DNA of 64,000 nt from Octopus sinensis (taxonomy: Eukaryota), in NCBI RefSeq assembly GCF_006345805.1, contig NC_043019.1, positions 22,877,360-22,941,359 of the forward strand, read 5' to 3'. The number at the start of each line of letters is the position of its first letter. Within the stretch, counting starts at the first letter, position 1. Both the position numbers and the translations under genes were made by a program. The notes under the pieces are model-generated. The model was given only the letters and a program-made list of their open reading frames with translations. It made no database searches and was not told where the DNA came from. Positions 34,521 through 48,270 of this stretch are shown here, in pieces.

Positions 34521-36324
34521 CCCGCCTCCACCCACGCATACACACGTGTGTGCTCAACCAGGATTGATTTAGGAGAAAAATAGACAAAAAAACACCACAG
34601 CTAAGAAAGCCTCTATATGGTCACTCAATCCGCAAGAGGCATCACATAATAACCATCATTGTAAGAAGAAGGGAAAAAAGCAAAGAGACACATTAAGCTA
34701 GCGAATCGGAAACGTGTGCGTGAACAAAAAGACAGGATGGTCACCGAATGATCAGGGATGAAAACCTGGGACTTAACGACTGAATACTTCTTTTAAGTCG
34801 CTACCTCGATAATAGCTGGTCCCGAAAGGGATGAGTATTACAAACAGGTCAAGACCCTGCATGAATGCCACTGATCCTAACCATACTCCATCGGGGATGA
34901 GGGAGTCAGCTTTACTTTCCGCTCTTCCGGGATTACTAAACTGAGAACCAATCAAGAACTGGGGTAGAGAAATCACTGTCTCGATTACATACACCATTCA
35001 ACATCTGTGACAGGCTTTCAGTTTAAAAAAAAAAAAAAAAGCGACGAACTGGCAGAATTGTTAAGACATAATTCCCAACGGTATTTCTTCCGATTCTTGA
35101 CCATTCCGAGTTCAAATTCCTTCTGGGTTAATACTAAAAAGTGCCAGTTCGATTAGCTCCTTCCCCCCAAAATACCAGGCCTTAAGCTTATAGAAAGAAG
35201 AATTATTATTGACATGTAGTCATCAAGGCCTATATTATCTGCCTTTTATTCTAACCGTACAACGCTAATGAAGACTGCTATTTCTAATAAGTTGAACAAC
35301 CACATTAGCTCGAAAAGTACCTGTACTATACTACGGTCAATTCTGTCGATAAATAGTTCCTCCCGCTTTCCAAGGTCTTGTGCAAGTGAGAGAGGGGGAG
35401 AGAGGTGAGGAAGAGAAGCGGGCCAAATTGGAATGAATCAATTCCATGGTGCCATGTTCTTGTCTCCTGTTTGGAAAATTGTTCTCATTCCATATCCTCG
35501 GGGATGGAGGGAGAAAAGAGATGAACGTCTTACATTCTCATTTCACTAATCTACAACGTTGCTGTACTGGAAGACTTATGACTGGTTTATTGAGTAAAAC
35601 AGTTTAAACATCTCTCGACTTCCAATTTATACAAAATAGAAAGAAAAAGGCGAGAGAGAGAGAGAGCGAAAGAGAATGGGAGAGAGAGAGAGAGAAGAAG
35701 AACGGGGGGAGGGAGTCTACGATTTCTGCTTATTCTCCCCTACCGAAGCTCTTTGACTGCTACTGTGTCTTACACGAGCGGACGAAGGAGTCTCTAAATG
35801 GTAGCCAGAGGCACTAGAAACAGCAGCAAATGTCTTCCTAACTGTACTGTCTAATAAGAAAAGAAGGGCACATTGAACAATGTAATCATGTGCGTATAGA
35901 TAGATATGTGTGTGCTCGCTCATACACACCTCCGGATGGATGTTCGCGGGTATATATTAAACGTGTGTGTATATATAATGTGTGTATGTTATTGTTATCA
36001 GAGAACCTATATTAGTGATTCAAAGCCCGAGAGTTTCGTGTGAACGCATTCATCAAACATAAGCACTGTATACTCTATTTCCTGTAATGAGTTCTATTTC
36101 TCCCTTTCTACATTCAAGCCACGGCTGGAATACTTTTCATCTAATAACCAGCTTCATCTAAAGAGGACTTGTAGGGAGGGAGAGGGGCGAAAAATAACAA
36201 GGCCGAGTGGAAGTGAGAAGGGAGGGAGTTCGTAAGGCGTTATAACGAGGAATGTGACAAGTTAATCTAAAGAGGTAGTGTTCGGGAACGCGAGAATACT
36301 ATGCTTCTCATACAATAGCAACAA

Positions 36325-36650
36325 CAATAATCCCTTCTACTTAATAGGCACAAGGCCCTGGAATTTGGGAGGAGGGGTTAGTAGATTTCATCGATCCCTA
36401 GTACTCAACTGGTAATAATTGTATCGACTACGAAAGTATGAAAGGCAAAGTCGATCTCGACAAGATTTGAAAGCAATAATAATAATAATAATAATAATGG
36501 TTTCAAAATTTGGCACAAGGCCAGCAAGCTCGCGGGGGGGGGATGGATTAAGTCGATTACATCGACCCCCAGTGCTCAGCTGGTACTTGTTTGTTTTCGA
36601 CCCCCGAAAGGGATGAAAGGCAAAGACGAACTCGGCGGAATTTGAAAATT
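36325..36650 (-). mobile_element. Two 5'-truncated SINE A2 copies in tandem
   Basis: GGCACAAGGCC tails and the GATGAAAGGCAAAG core, separated by (AAT)n. Confidence 0.75.
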
Positions 36651-37135
36651 GTGTTCATTACGGGCTCGGGGTATGGGAGAAGGCGGGGAGGGAAAGCAGG
36701 TTTACATGAAACGAGAACTGTGATGTTGTGAGAGTCATTCATACATGATTATTTATTTATCGAGAAGATTCGGCGGATCACGTTGATCAATAATTATTCG
36801 TTTTTTTTTTTTTTTCAATTAAAAACAGTCACATCTTCTCGATTTTTTACCCGCTATCTTCTGATTTATCTATCTACATCATACACGAGAAAAACGAGAG
36901 TATCTCTATGAGGACGATTGGCCTACTAGAAATAGGTAGCAGGTGGATTTTCCTTCAAAATCACACACAAAACATATACACACATTCAATACCGTTTAAG
37001 AAAAGGATTTTAAAAAATCAGAGGCTACCCTTCGATATATAACTCGCAGTGTTTGAATAAAAGAACGTTCCTTAATCGGGGATTTGCCCATTTTGACCGA
37101 GCGACTACAAGAGAAACAATAATCACACACGCAAC

Positions 37136-37183
<48 letters not shown>

Positions 37184-37974
37184 TCACGACGAATAAACAC
37201 ATACATACTTCGAATAGATAAACACAACCATTCCATAAAAATATATATACATACCCACACGCGCAAACACAATCACGTTTGTCTACATACATTCCATGTA
37301 CACCGCGTACATATATATACTCACACACACATAGATATATACACAGATGGATATATAACAACACAAACACTACATGTATGAGGGTATACACACGTATATT
37401 ACAACATATCACGCCCCCACACATAAATATAATTTACAGATATCCACACACTAATACATCACATCCCTACAACACGTATACTATACTATACATCACACGC
37501 ACAAATCCATAATGCCCTACATAATATATACACACGATATTAAAAAAAAAATCACATACACACAACTAAACGCATCAGTCATATCGATATATGCTACACA
37601 TACACACACACGAATACTAACATAGAACTAAATATATATTTTAAAAGGGTCTCGCACACACACATACAAACCAAAATAATGGTACATACGCACATACAAA
37701 CTAATACAAGCTACAGATAAACACTCAGTGCAAGCTACACGCACGCATTATGCACGCTGCATGCTCCCCCCGCCTTCCGCAAATACATTTCTACACGCAC
37801 CTTGCAAACAAACATATATACACACCTCTCAACGATCCTACTCTGTCAATTCGCTCTACATACATGCTACAAGCGTTTACGCATATTAACACAAGTTTAT
37901 TAAAGATAACTATAAATTATACACTACACAATATATACACACACCATTATCAGATTCAGCTCCAACACACGCAC

Positions 37975-38029
<55 letters not shown>

Positions 38030-38367
38030 ATATATGCATGCTAAACTGAAGCTAAACAAAAGACAAGCGCCAATATTAAAAGCAGTAAGAACGTACTAAA
38101 CACGTTACATATTATAGACACATCGTATGTTTATACATACACATATATATTTACAAATATATATACAATAACATACACACATAATATAAATATATACATA
38201 TAAACATATATATACATATATATAATATATACATGTATATAATATACATACATTATATACATTTATATGTGCATATACACACGCAAACATCGATAGATAA
38301 TTAACCACATTCTTATACACACATATTTATACATAAACAGATATAGATGTATATATATATTACATAC

Positions 38368-38900
38368 CTTGTAGAACGGTGAGAGTGGGGAGAGAAAATA
38401 AAATATCCGTTTTTAAGGCTTTCACGGTAGCTTGAAGCTAAAATATTTATAAACAACCCTATCCAAGTACTTCGTCCTTCGTTTGGCTGACTTGAAAATT
38501 ACAGGCGAGACAAGTGCTCTGACGGCCCGACTCTTCTCCTTCCACCAACATACTACTACGTAATGGTGTTTACAAAATCCGGAACGGAATCACACAACCT
38601 GTTTTCGTTACCCTTGACGACAAGATCACTAGAACAAACGTGGAATTTCGGGGCCCCGTCTTTTGGTTGTTTTTTCTTTTCTTTTTTTTTTTTTTGATTT
38701 AAAGGTTGTTTAGGAATCGAAGTGGAGAATTTTCGTTCGTTTATTTATTTGGAATAAAGAAAAAAGAAATTGAACAGTAACAGTGATTGCAGTGAAAATG
38801 GGCGCTTTTTTCTCTTTCGCTCACTTTCTCATTATAAAATATTCGTTTCGGTTTTACTCTGAGGTTCCGTTTTCGTTTCGCTTACGATTTTGTTTTCTTC
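38368..38900. promoter_or_regulatory. Candidate promoter / first-exon region
   Basis: Non-repetitive, CpG-retaining sequence with an ETS-like CCGGAACGGAA (38579-38589) and a minus-strand donor AAG|GTATGT at 38368/38367. It lies just before the CpG-depleted domain. Confidence 0.3.
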
Positions 38901-39816
38901 TTCATGTGACTATTATTTCAATTTACGGAAAAAAAAAAAAAGCTTTCACGCAAAAACAGAATTTTCACTGGATTATTTTAATCTTTTTTTCCTTTTTTTG
39001 ATACATTCATTTTATTTATTTATTTGATATTTTTCTATTCAGAGCGATCAGTAATGCAAGAGTAGCTATAAAAATGATTAACGTAACACAAGTCGGGAAA
39101 ACAATCGGGTTGGGGTTAGTGTGTGTGTGTGTGTGTGTGTGTGTGGAGGTAATCCTTCTATCCGCTACTTCGCTTAGTCATTGGATTACGGCCATGCACA
39201 AGCACCGCTTTAAAGGGGTTTAGTCAAACAATTTGAACGTACTACTTATATGTGTGTGTGTGTGTGTTTTTTTTCTTTTTGTTTATTTTATTTTAAAAAG
39301 TTTGATGATTATTCTATTTGTGATTTTTGCCGAACCGCTAAGTTACAGAGAAGTTAACAAACGATCACCTGTTGTCAAGCGGAAGGGGATCACACGCACA
39401 CACACACACATACACACACACATACATATACACATATATGGTTCAAATGTACTGAAAACAAAAGACAGAGACAGGTGAGGGAACAACAAGCAGGTGTGTT
39501 AATTTGAAGTTCGGAAAATATGGAAAAGTCTTTGATGTTGCAGCCATGCAGGAACACCACCTTACAGAATATAACTGCCTCTCCAGCAGGGAATCAAATT
39601 CCATGATGGGCAGGGATACTTGCCACTGTACTACCAATATAAACCTACATTGTAAAAACACAGACATGGCCTATTTAACTATTTCTCCATAGACTGAAAC
39701 CAAAAAAAAATTTTGGGGGAATGATGAACATCCTTCATCAATTTTCAAATCTTATTGAGTTCTCATCAGAGGTGCCTGCATCATTTGACCAATCCCAGAG
39801 AAATAAGCAGCCAATT

Positions 39817-39990
39817 CATCATCATCATCATCATCATCATTTAGCATCTGCATTCCATGTTGGCATGGGTTAGACGGTTCGACTGAAACCGGGAAGCTGG
39901 AGGATTGCACCGGGTTCCAATCTGATTTGGCATTGTCTCTATGGCTGGATAACCTTCCTAACGCCAACCACTTCACAGAGGGTGCTGAGT
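39817..39990 (-). mobile_element. SINE family D 3' part (RTE-like tail, (GAT)n end)
   Basis: (CAT)n-TTTAGCATCTGCATTCCATGTTGGCATGGGTTAGACGG..CCTTCCTAACGCCAACCAC. Confidence 0.75.
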
Positions 39991-40184
39991 GATCAACAAA
40001 TCTAGTTGCAACAGAAAGAACAGGTACTACTAATTTGTATACCATGAATGTTGAATACTTTATTTGATATCAATGGCTTCTCAACAGAGTGCTCAGTTCA
40101 CCGGGAATCAAGGTGGAGCTGTTGTGTGGCATACAGACCTCTACAGGCCTGAGACGCTTTGTCAACTGCAAGACACCACCTTCT

Positions 40185-40413
40185 TATTTCTTTATTGCCC
40201 ACAAGGGGCTAAACATAGAGAGGATAAACAAGGATAGACATAGGGATTAAGTCGATTACATCAACCCCAGTGCGCAACTGGTACTCAATTTATCGACCCC
40301 GAAAGGATGAAAAGCAAAGTTGATCCTGGCAGAATTTGAACTCAGAATGCAACGGCAGACAAAACACTGCTAAGCACCTTGCTCAGCACACTAACGTTTC
40401 TGCGAGCTCACCG
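40185..40413 (-). mobile_element. SINE family A (A1), CpG-decayed
   Basis: Colinear with 221-452, with several CG>TG/CA changes. Confidence 0.88.
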
Positions 40414-41517
40414 CATGACCCCACCTTCTGTCTACACTCTAACCCCACATCTCACAGCAAACAAATTGTTTCTTCCACTATCCAAGAATTATTTCCTCCC
40501 CTCTCGTACCCCACACTGCAGCCAACCTCACTGTCCAGTATACAGAGACTTGATGTCAGGGGTGAATTGGGAGGGTCCAGGAGGAAACAAGAAGGAATTA
40601 ATGAGATGAAGAACATGATTGGTATTGTGAATGTGAGGGGAGTACAAGGACAAGGTCGAAGTATTTAAAGGTTAATTCAGTCGGAGCAATTAGTGCAGGT
40701 GAGCTGGCAGAATTGTTAACATGCTGGGAAAAATGCTTAGTGGCATTTCGTCTATTTTCACATTCTGAGTTCAAATTCTGCCATAGTTGACTTTGCCAAT
40801 CCTTCCACCCAACATTTGAATTCTCTTGCTCTGTCTCCAACACCCCTGTTAATTTCTTGGGTATTTCTGTTAACATAAGCAGAAATATCTAACTGTCTCT
40901 TACCACCTCCATCTACTACAAGCCCACATACTCCCACTCCTACCTCAACTCCTCTTCTTCCCATCTCTTCTTCCACACCAAACTGTCCATCCTCCTTCTC
41001 TTAATTCCTCCATCTCCATTGTCTTTGTCACAGTGACCATGCCTTTAAGGCATGGTTCCAACTCATGACTCACCACCTTACCCAACAGGCAGGGTCCAAG
41101 GTTATTATAGTTCATCACCATTCTGTATTCTGTGATAAGAGTGATAATAAGATAAGGTATAAATAATGGTCATTCAATAATTTTGCTTTATTAGAGCAAA
41201 CTTGGCTTACAGCTGTTTCCAGTAGTCATTATAGGTACGTTACTGATAGGTTTACTCAATAGGTCCATTGATTATTTGAGAAAAACTGAATGACCTAGAG
41301 TCATATCAAGTTAAAATCAAGGAGAATGCTGAAGGAATGGTACAGGCATGGGGAGGGGAGTGAAGAGAGAGGCAATAAGAATAAGGTGAGAGGGAGATAA
41401 AGAGGAAAAGGGAAGCGGAGTGAGGATTAGGAAAAGAAGGACTAAAGAGAAGAGAAGGAGGAGAGGAAAGAATAGAATAGAATTAGAAGCAGAGGTAAGC
41501 CACTTTTCAACCCGCAT

Positions 41518-41934
41518 CTTACTTTTACTTACTTTTACTTGTTTCAGTCATTTGACTGCGGCCATGCTGGAGCACCGCCTTTAGTCGAGCAAATCAACCC
41601 CAGGACTTATTCTTTGTAAGCCCAGTACTTATTTTATCAGTCTCTTTTGCCGAACCGCTAAGTGACGGGGACGTAAACACACCAGCATCGGTTGTCAAGC
41701 AATGCTAGGGGGACAAACACAGACACACAAACATACACACACACATACATATATATATATACATATATACGACAGGCTTCTTTCAGTTTCCGTCTACCAA
41801 ATCCACTCACAAGGCATTGTGTCGGCCCCGGGGCTATAGTAGAAGACACTTGCCCAAGATGCCACGCAGTGGGACTGAACCCGGAACCATGTGGTTGGTA
41901 AGCAAGCTACTTACCACACAGCCACTCCTGCGCC
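41518..41934 (-). mobile_element. SINE family B, full length
   Basis: Near-identical to the reverse complement of 13425-13828. Confidence 0.92.
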
Positions 41935-42171
41935 TGGCAAAATTTGAGGAATAGTAGTGGAATGTAGTTAAGAACATCAAGTTTCACAAACAACCCCCAA
42001 GGCAGAACCCATACCTTTGAAAATTACACCAAATAAATAAAGGAATTATCAGCAAATCTGAAATATTAGTGCCCTGAAATAAAACAGGGAATGCCCACCA
42101 CCTGGATTATAATGATTACAACAACCTAATCGGAAAGGAAATTTTAAAGGACTATAGATGAAATATCAATA

Positions 42172-42357
42172 TGGAGTAAAAAGCACCCACTACACTCACG
42201 GAGTGGTTGGCATTAGGAAGGGCATCCAGCCGTAGAAACACTGCCAGATCTGACTGGGCCTGATGAAGCCTTCCGGCTTCACAGACCCCAGTTGAACCGT
42301 CCAACCCATGCTAGCATGGAAAACGGACGCTAAACGATGATGGTGATGATGATGATG
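42172..42357 (+). mobile_element. SINE family D 3' part
   Basis: AGGAAGGGCATCCAGCCGTAGAAAC..CCGTCCAACCCATGCTAGCATGGAAAACGGACG-(GAT)n. Confidence 0.8.
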
Positions 42358-43081
42358 AGTAAGGGTAAGGAGAGTGCGGTGAGATGAATAAAGTGCCATA
42401 GGTAGAATGGGAGGAAGAGGAGGAGGAGAATACTTGAAGGAGCACAGATGGAGATTAAAGGTGGTGGAGAGGGGGTATACGATGATAAGGACAAGGCGGT
42501 ATAGTGACAAGATGGGGGAAGAGAAAGAAGAGAGGGCAGGAATTTTACGTCTGTTATTTTCCCTGCTGGCATGAGTTAGGTGAGTCATCATCATTCAACT
42601 CAATGTTTTGTCTCTTATTTGCAGTCCTTTATCCTTCGTTCGTTCATGACATTAACACTCACTACTTCTTCCTGTGTCTTCCTTGATCTTTATCTACAGC
42701 AAGTTTGCTTCACCATTTCCTTCCACTCGGATTATTTGGCACCTCTGTGCCAAATTACCATCATCCATGCACATCACTAGTTAGGACTTTCTCAAGCCCC
42801 CCTCTATCTCTCCCTTCCTTTCTCTCTCTCTCTCTCTTGTTGCAACTTTGCATTTGATTCCTCTCAGACTCAGTTTTTTGGTTTTGTTGTTCTTTTTATC
42901 TCTTAACTTCTGCTGCAACATGTGCAAATATATTTTGGAATATATTTGCACACACATTTATACATGCATATACCTGTGTGTGTGTGTGTGTGTCTGATTA
43001 TATATTCATATCTATAAGTGCATAATCATATATATATATTATATATACATTTATATATGTTTATGTATACGTGCATACCTT

Positions 43082-43127
<46 letters not shown>

Positions 43128-43251
43128 TACACATATACTTATACATATATATATATATATTATATATATACACACACACACATACATATCATATAAATAT
43201 ATATAATATATATCTATATATATATATATTATATATATATATAAATATTAA

Positions 43252-43289
<38 letters not shown>

Positions 43290-44169
43290 GTATATGCAAC
43301 AAACAGTTGAAATTTGTGAAGTATTCTAATTTGATCATCACGCTGCATAAATTCTCTCTTCCTTCCTCTCTCATTCACTGAGTGTTTGTGTATGTGTGTG
43401 TGTGTGTGTGCATGCGTGTTATATATCATCATCATCCTCATTGTCATAGCTTTTTCCTCTTCATTGCCATCGGCATCAGCTTCATTGCCGCTGTTGTCAT
43501 TATCTCCATCACCACTACAACCAAAAAGACATTGATGATGATGATCATATATATATATATATATATACATACATTGTTTCTACATGTGTATATGTATATA
43601 TATCATCATCATCATAAGCTTAGAAGAACAAGAGAAACACTCAACTATATCTATTTGTACAAACACATGTATATGCTTTCTTATGTATATGTACCCATGT
43701 GTTTGCACACACACACACAGACATATATACACTGACAAACATATGTACATGCACATATGCTCATACAGGCACACACACATCTACACAACCTTGGGAGAAA
43801 AGCTAGTGGGTGTATAAACTGGAATGAATCATGCATCAAACCTTATCAGAAACTAGATTTGTTATCCTCCAGGGGTAGAAATTGCCCCCTTGAGGCAAAG
43901 TTGACATCAGCTTTTGGCTTACTATATTGGTGTTATTTTTTAGCCGAAGGTCTGCCCTATTCATAGCAAAGCAAATATGTGCTGCAACAAACATAAAAAC
44001 AGTGAACATTAACTGAATGACAGACTAAGTGTTGGTATGGTGTGTGATATTTTTAATATGTATATTGATTAGGACCTCAAAGTTTCACCAATCCGCTTGT
44101 TTGAACTGTTTAAATAAGCTGTCAAGTGAAATTTTGAAATTCCTCTCAGTAAAATTATTCCATATATAT

Positions 44170-44316
44170 AAGGGCATCCAGCTGTAGAAACATTGCCAGA
44201 TAAGACTGGAGCCTGGTGCAGCCTTCTGGCTTCCCAGATCCCCGGTCGAACCGTCCAACCCATGCTAGCATTGAAAACGGACGTTAAACGATGATGATGA
44301 TGATGATGATGATGAT
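44170..44316 (+). mobile_element. SINE family D 3' part
   Basis: Same tail and (GAT)n end. Confidence 0.8.
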
Positions 44317-44591
44317 ATATATATATATATATAAATTTAAATTTAAGATGAGGGTGAGAAATTAGATATTAATTTAATTAACGTCGATTTCACACCAGTG
44401 GTCCAGCATATTTAAAAAAACTAAAGGTTCAGTAAAATTGTATTATATACATATTAGAGGGAAACCACTGGTTGCTTTGCTAAATTTTTCTTGAGAACAT
44501 TTCTTAGTGGTAAGACCATAGCAGATCTATTTCTAGCATAAGGGGATCCACATAGTGGTTTCCCCCTTATATGTATATATATATATATATA

Positions 44592-45009
44592 CTAGAAGTA
44601 TAGCCTGGCATTGACTTGGGTTTGTTTTTTAGTTGCGCTTAAAAAGTTTTGACATAGTTTCAATCTTTTTTGAAAAGTCAATATTTTGCATTATGTAGCT
44701 TGTTATTCTCTTTAAGTGAACATTTTTCTGATTGAACTGCACCGAAAAATGGCGACAGAGCAGTCAAAAAATCGTTAAAAAATAGGGATTTTCATAGAAA
44801 AAAAAAGCACCTTTTTGATGTAAATAATTTTTGGTCTTAACATGATCCGATTTGAATTTTTTCTTCTACAAAATGAAGAGCAAGCCTTTTTCTATCATAC
44901 TCTCAATTTTGGTCAACTTGCGCTGCAGGGTCTCGGAGAAGATAGAGTTAGTTGAAGGCTACCAAACCCGCCACACACACACAGACAACTTCAGCTTTAT
45001 ATGTATAGA
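44592..45009 (-). mobile_element. Non-autonomous Helitron
   Basis: Minus strand A|TCTATACATATAAAGCTGAAG ... CCCAAGTCAATGCCAGGCTATACTTCTAG|T: 5'-TC, 3'-CTAG, inserted between A and T, with a decayed subterminal hairpin. Confidence 0.78.
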
Positions 45010-45513
45010 TAAGATATTAGAGAAAGAGAAAGAAAAAGGAATCCATGAGATTTGTTATTGATCACTATGATCATTTGGACCCACTGTGCATCGGGTCTTC
45101 ATGGGTGAGATGCTGTACAAACAGTTCTAGAATGTAGTCTAACCAAAATAAAGGGAAATGCAGATTAAATAACAGGGTACCTTTTGACAAGTCACCTGAC
45201 AAGGCATGTCTGCACCAAATGATGCACCACAACTATTTGTACAGAATCTCATCTGCAAGAGACCGATGCACAATTAGTAGCAGCAATTAATTGTAACAAT
45301 TAATAAAGAATCTCATGAATTCCATTTTCTTTCTCTTTCTCACTTTGTTATAAATTCTATGGACCATGAAGGAATTCCTGAAGTAAATCCAATGGCATTT
45401 ATATCCATACTGTTGTTGACATCAGGTAGCCAAATACAGTGAAAAGGCTTTAGATGGCATACTTCAGGGTGTATACCCAAATTTATAATTATTACTTCTA
45501 TATATCTGTTTAT

Positions 45514-45775
45514 GTGGAGGCGCGTGGCTTAGTGGTTAGAGTGTCAGCATCATGATCGTAAGATTGTGGTTTCAATTCCTAGACCGGGTGATGCGTTGTG
45601 TTCTTGAGCAAAACACTTCATTTCACATTGCTCCAGTCCACTCAGCTGGCAAAAATGAGTAACGCTGCGATGGACTGATGTCCTGTCCAGCTGGGGAACA
45701 CATACGCCATTGAAACCGGGAAACCGGGCCCATGAGCCTGGCTAGGCTTTAAAAGGGCGCATTTATTTTTTATTT
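45514..45775 (+). mobile_element. tRNA-derived CORE-like SINE family C1 with TSD
   Basis: GTGGAGGCGCGTGGCTTAGTGGTTAG A-box, GGTTTCAATTCC B-box, GTTCTTGAGCAAAACACTT core. TSD TATATCTGTTTAT at 45501-45513 and 45776-45788. Confidence 0.85.
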
Positions 45776-45830
45776 TATATCTGTTTATATGAGCAGTGGA
45801 GGGGGCACATGTAAATATGTATATATATAT

Positions 45831-46113
45831 ATCACCGTGATCACTGTGACCAACCAGGCTGTCAGATGTTGTTACACATCGCTGGTCACAATGCGCTTCA
45901 CATTGTTTTAGCCTTCAAAGGCTAAGTGAGCAGGCCAACAGGAGAAAGTTGTGGCGAAAGAGTACAACAGGGATTGCCACCACCCCCTGCCGGAGCCTCA
46001 TGGAGCTTTAGGTGCTTTCGCTCAATAAACACTCACAACGCCCAGTCTGGGAATCAAAACCACGATCCTACGACCGCGAGTCCGCTGCCCTAACCACTGG
46101 GCCATTGCGCCTC

Positions 46114-46115
<2 letters not shown>
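45831..46115 (-). mobile_element. tRNA-derived SINE family C2
   Basis: Minus head GTGGAGGCGCAATGGCCCAGTGGTTAGGGCAGCGGACTCGCGGTCG; a relative lies at 52140-52413. Confidence 0.82.
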
Positions 46116-46146
<31 letters not shown>

Positions 46147-46414
46147 GTACACAGATACATAATCACACACATACATAATCATGCACATACAAACGCACAC
46201 ACACACACACACACAAAAGACTTGGTTCTCCAATCAAGTGCAGTAACTCAAAGTAAACTGATTTGGACCCTGATGACACATTCAACCCATGGCAGTATGG
46301 AGAGTGGACAGAAAATGATTAATGATGACAACAACAAAGATGGTGATAACATAGAGGTACTTTTGGGAGATATTTGAAAGTTGGAGTATATTTGAAGCTT
46401 AAGTGGGGGTAAAA

Positions 46415-47045
46415 TGAGAGAGAGGCACAGAATGAGAGAAGCAAAGAGACAGACAGATAGAAAGAAAGAGCAATAGAAACAGAGAGATAGTGAAGAAAGA
46501 GAGAGAGAAAAAAGAGAAAGAGAGAGAGAGAGGTAGACAAATAGTCAGACTGCAAATATACAAAGTGAGAGAAAGAAAGACAGATAGACTGAAAGAAAGA
46601 GATAGAGAAAGAGAAAGAGAGAAAAAAGAGAGAATGAAAGACAGAATGTGAGAGAAATAGATAGACAAAGAAAGAGACAGATAGAAAGAAAGACTAAGAG
46701 AACAAGGGAAAAGACAGAGAGACAGATATACTGACACAGTGAGAGAGAGAAGAAGAGAGAGAGTGAGAGAAAGAAGAGAGAGAGAAGAGAGAAAGAGAGA
46801 GAAGAAGAAAGAGAGAGAGAAGTGAGAGAGAGAGAAGAAGAGAGAAAGAGAGAAGAAGTGAGAGAGAGAGAAGAAGAGAGAAAGAGAGAGAAGAAGAAGA
46901 GAGAGAGAGAAGAAGTGAGAGAGAGAGAAGAAGAGAGAAAGAGAGAGAAGAAGAGAGAGAGAGAGAAAGAAAGACAGACAGATATACAAGTATCAAGAGA
47001 AAGAGAGGGAGAGAGAGAGAAGTATTGAGTGGAGAGTAAGAGAGC
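46415..47045. repeat. Polypurine (GA/GAA/GAAA) tract with a higher-order repeat at about 46760-46965
   Basis: Direct reading. Confidence 0.9.
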
Positions 47046-47326
47046 GAGGGGGGGGGAAGCAAATAGACAAAGAAAGAAAGAACAACAACAAAAAAAAACC
47101 AAATCGAGCCGAAATAAATTCCTTGAAATCTTAATTAACTCTAAACAGGAAACTGGCATCAGTCTGCAAGAGTTTCTGGAAATGTTTAAGAATAAGAAAC
47201 AAAATCCCTGGCGATGGCTTTGTGTGTCTTCCTTTTAACATGTCGAATAAATAGGGACCCCATTAAGTTGGGGAGTTGTTCAAGAGAAGTAGCGAGGAGA
47301 ATACAGAGGGCAAGGGTGGAGTGTGG

Positions 47327-47426
47327 NNNNNNNNNNNNNNNNNNNNNNNNNNNNNNNNNNNNNNNNNNNNNNNNNNNNNNNNNNNNNNNNNNNNNNNNNN
47401 NNNNNNNNNNNNNNNNNNNNNNNNNN
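47327..47426. other. Assembly gap (100 N)
   Basis: Run of exactly 100 N; the true size is unknown. Confidence 1.
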
Positions 47427-48270
47427 CTTCATCAGTATTATCACATGAGCCTGACGGTTTGTTTTTTATTTTTTACTATTATTTATATATTATATACATG
47501 AAAGTGATAAACTCCACCAAATAACTGACCAATCCCATTATCTGCTGTCTCATTCTCCAATACTTTAAGATAACACCTCACAATATGGATGTTATTAATA
47601 CACTGTGATTAAGCAGAACAAAAACCAGTAATCATTTGAAGTTACAGATTGAAATTTAAACATGCCAAGGTGGTATATACATACAAGAAATATGTTTATA
47701 CAAGAAATATTATTCTTCAGGAACTTTTGCAGAGAATATAAATGATAATACCTATTATGTACATTTGTAGCTTTTGCACAGAATGTATCAAATATGTTGG
47801 AAATGCTTAGCTTTAGCTTAAACTAAACCTGCTTCCTGAAAATCTTTAGAAAAAATGCTTTCTTGCAAACCTTTAGAAAATCAATGTAACCTGAATGTAC
47901 GTTAATGTACCCATGTGCAAAATATGTATATATCTTGGTAGTTTTGAATACAGATTTTGAACACATATTTGTTTGAATACAACATTTGTGAAATTAGGTA
48001 GAAAATAGCATAATATAGAATAATGATTGAATAATTGACTTCAAAAGATTATACATATTAAAAGCAATCAAACCTGTATAATACTTGAGGAGTGATAATA
48101 CAGGTATTATTTCCTCCTATCCTCTTGAGTACATTGGACACCAAGTTAATGTCACTGATTTCTATTGGCTAATATTTTCTTTACATCTGGTCATGTGACA
48201 TTGGCCTTTCTCATGTCAGTTATGAATGTTCTACAACAACATGTAGATTTTGATCTTCCTCTCTCCCACC

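Noticed and set aside
46399-47159. Leu/Ser/Phe-rich 'membrane protein' ORFs and Arg/Glu-rich ORFs
   Set aside because: They derive from the polypurine/polypyrimidine simple repeat.
47029-47524. ORFs next to and across the gap
   Set aside because: They are open only because of low-complexity sequence or Ns, with no recognisable domain.
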